Origin: a virus
Lineage: Duplodnaviria > Caudoviricetes
DNA: 25,132 nucleotides
IMG/VR virus record: IMGVR_UViG_3300017911_002330
Location: 1 to 25,132 of that record
Strand: one strand, 5' to 3'
This document shows, piece by piece, positions 23,424 through 25,132 of this stretch. Below the pieces are notes generated by a model. The model did no database searches and had not been told where the DNA came from. It saw only the letters and a program-made list of their open reading frames with translations. A program made the position numbers and the translations under genes. The stretch's first letter is position 1. Each line of letters opens with the position of its first letter.

Positions 23424-25079
23424 TTAGTTCCCGCGTTTTTTTGACAAATACGCTGCGATAGCCATGTTTCTCTTTTCTTTATCAGATTTACCTGCAAATT
23501 GTGGTGCATCAGAAGCTTGGAAATCTTTAATCCAAGAGCCCATGCCATCACCAACATTTAGCTTTTCTGTAAGATCAAAAGATTCATTCTGTTGTTTCTT
23601 ATCATTCTTAGCTGCCCATACCGCTTTACGCTGAGCATCAGAAGCATAACCTTCTTCCTTTGGTGCATTATAGCCTCTACCAATAGACTTACGGAATTGC
23701 TTAGCCGCAACTCTATCTGCCATGTCTTGGCCTTTATTACGCTTTTTCATAGTCTTAAGTTCGTCAGAATGGTCAGCTCTTTTACCGTCTTTATCTGGCC
23801 CTTGTAAAATCTTACGAGTAGCAGAGTTACGTGCTTTATTACCACTTGCATCAGCCTTCTTTCTATAGCTATCTAATGCACCAGGACGATCTAGCACTTC
23901 ATCAATCTGTTCTGTTTTCATGCCACGCTTTTTCATATAGTCATAAGTCTTATCTGCTTTTCTGTCAGGCGTTTTAGCAGCATGTCTCAGATTTGTGGCT
24001 GTAGCATCAGCTTTTTTTGCGGTATTAATATGTTTTGTAATCTCGCGCTCTTTAGCATCGTTTGTGCCCATTTCTCTATTACGTCTTTGCGCAGCTTTAG
24101 CTATAGATCTATTTTTTAAAGCATCAGCGCGTTCTGCACCTTTTGATAGACGATTGAATTGATCAGATCTTTTATCTAATGCTCTTTTAGCTAGATCACT
24201 AGAGATTTCATCAACTTGTACAGAATCTTTGATATTGTTTTTCTTCTTATATCTGTCGTACTTACCAGTTGGATCAATTCCGCGCTTACGAGCTTTTGCA
24301 TCTGCTTTATCTACATCTAGCATATGCTTAGCATAACCCATTTTTGACATCTTTGGATCTTGTTTATCGTGAGCAGCTTTATTCTGTGCTTGACGTTTAT
24401 TACGGACTTTATTTAGTTTTGCTAATGGCATATCCATCATACGATCTTTTGATGTGTACTTACCGCCAAACATACCAGATTTTCCGGCATACTTAGCAGA
24501 TGTGCCAACTGCTTCCTCTACTTCTTCTTTATGAACTTTTAGTGTTTTTACTTTACCGTTCTTCAAATGGCGTGTTACTGTTTGACCGCCATCAGTTTTA
24601 AGTTTTACAATATGTCCACCATCAGGATGTGGTTTTTTAGAAATAATTTGTGCTTCATCTAGTTCAACTTCTTCATTCTTCTTCTGAGCTGCAAGATACT
24701 CTTTCTTTGTGACCCAGTTCTTACCGTTCTTATCGTAAGCATCATACATGCAGCTTTCAGTTTTTGGTTTGCCATATGCATCACCACAGCTTTCACATAC
24801 CATCTCATTCATGCTATATGCTTCAGTTGCTAATTTCTTACGTAGAGCAGCTAGATCCATTTTAATTTTATCCTTATTTGTAGATTTATTAACGGACTTA
24901 GACAGATTTTTAGCCGTTACAGATTTCTTAATTGCATCAAGTGAGATTTCATCTACTTCTTGACTTTCAGTTTTTACAATATCTTTTCGGACTGGAACCA
25001 TGCGAATATGAGTTTTTCCATCAGTCCCGATGTATTTTTCAGGTTTTTTATCTGCTGTTCTTGTTTGTGGTTCTGCCAT
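23424..25079 (-). CDS. Large Lys-rich modular protein (551 aa), putative protease-processed internal head polyprotein
   Basis: Basic blocks separated by EVDE, SMNE, EEVELDE, EEVEE, VQVDE, EQIDE, KEE and DLTE linkers. Confidence 0.75.
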   Translation of the reverse strand: MAEPQTRTADKKPEKYIGTDGKTHIRMVPVRKDIVKTESQEVDEISLDAIKKSVTAKNLSKSVNKSTNKDKIKMDLAALRKKLATEAYSMNEMVCESCGDAYGKPKTESCMYDAYDKNGKNWVTKKEYLAAQKKNEEVELDEAQIISKKPHPDGGHIVKLKTDGGQTVTRHLKNGKVKTLKVHKEEVEEAVGTSAKYAGKSGMFGGKYTSKDRMMDMPLAKLNKVRNKRQAQNKAAHDKQDPKMSKMGYAKHMLDVDKADAKARKRGIDPTGKYDRYKKKNNIKDSVQVDEISSDLAKRALDKRSDQFNRLSKGAERADALKNRSIAKAAQRRNREMGTNDAKEREITKHINTAKKADATATNLRHAAKTPDRKADKTYDYMKKRGMKTEQIDEVLDRPGALDSYRKKADASGNKARNSATRKILQGPDKDGKRADHSDELKTMKKRNKGQDMADRVAAKQFRKSIGRGYNAPKEEGYASDAQRKAVWAAKNDKKQQNESFDLTEKLNVGDGMGSWIKDFQASDAPQFAGKSDKEKRNMAIAAYLSKKRGN

Positions 25080-25080
25080 T

Positions 25081-25131
25081 TTAGCCTCTTACTTTCGACG
25101 CCAGATCTTTGTCTGCCTTGCCCCATGTTCC
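25081..25131 (-). CDS. C-terminal fragment of upstream gene (...GTWGKADKDLASKVRG)
   Basis: Open frame ending in TAA at 25081-25083, 1 nt before the next ATG. Confidence 0.6.
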   Translation of the reverse strand, partial: GTWGKADKDLASKVRG

Positions 25132-25132
25132 A

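Noticed and set aside
1-25132. CRISPR array, DGR/retron, IS or integrase, stop-codon recoding
   Set aside because: No spaced nucleotide repeats, reverse transcriptase or recombinase motifs seen; genes are intact under the standard code with all three stops used and no suppressor tRNA.

Overview
AT-rich, gene-dense, almost entirely minus-strand segment of a large T4-like (myovirus-type) dsDNA phage, probably marine and infecting a Gram-negative proteobacterium (inferred from an Rz/Rz1-type spanin pair, IHF- and NrdR-like sites and a B12-dependent class II RNR). In transcription order (right to left): (1) a cluster of Lys-rich putative internal head proteins, three with T4 capsid-targeting-like N-termini, plus a 551-aa modular protein whose Glu-poor blocks are separated by (V/I/L)xE prohead-protease-like linkers; (2) conserved hypotheticals and spanins; (3) a nucleotide/replication block (nrdJ, Zn-ribbon, GIY-YIG, RNase H, PhoH, glutaredoxin, HAD nucleotidase); (4) a 6.4-kb glycan-modification island (6 glycosyltransferases plus one GT-like protein, a sulfotransferase and a methyltransferase); (5) small early genes behind T4-early-like promoters, including a zinc metallopeptidase and a stand-alone LigA domain-Ia-like protein; (6) tRNA-Arg(UCU) and tRNA-Pro(UGG), followed 2 nt later by an unannotated 128-nt five-way-junction structured RNA candidate; (7) a TPR-like protein, a radical SAM/SPASM enzyme and a truncated B12-binding radical SAM-like gene. 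The best novelty candidates are the tRNA-linked structured RNA, the protease-processed capsid cargo polyprotein system, tandem NrdR-like boxes on the nrdJ promoter, and a divergent promoter firing antisense into the spanin genes. All calls come from reading motifs by eye; no searches were run.
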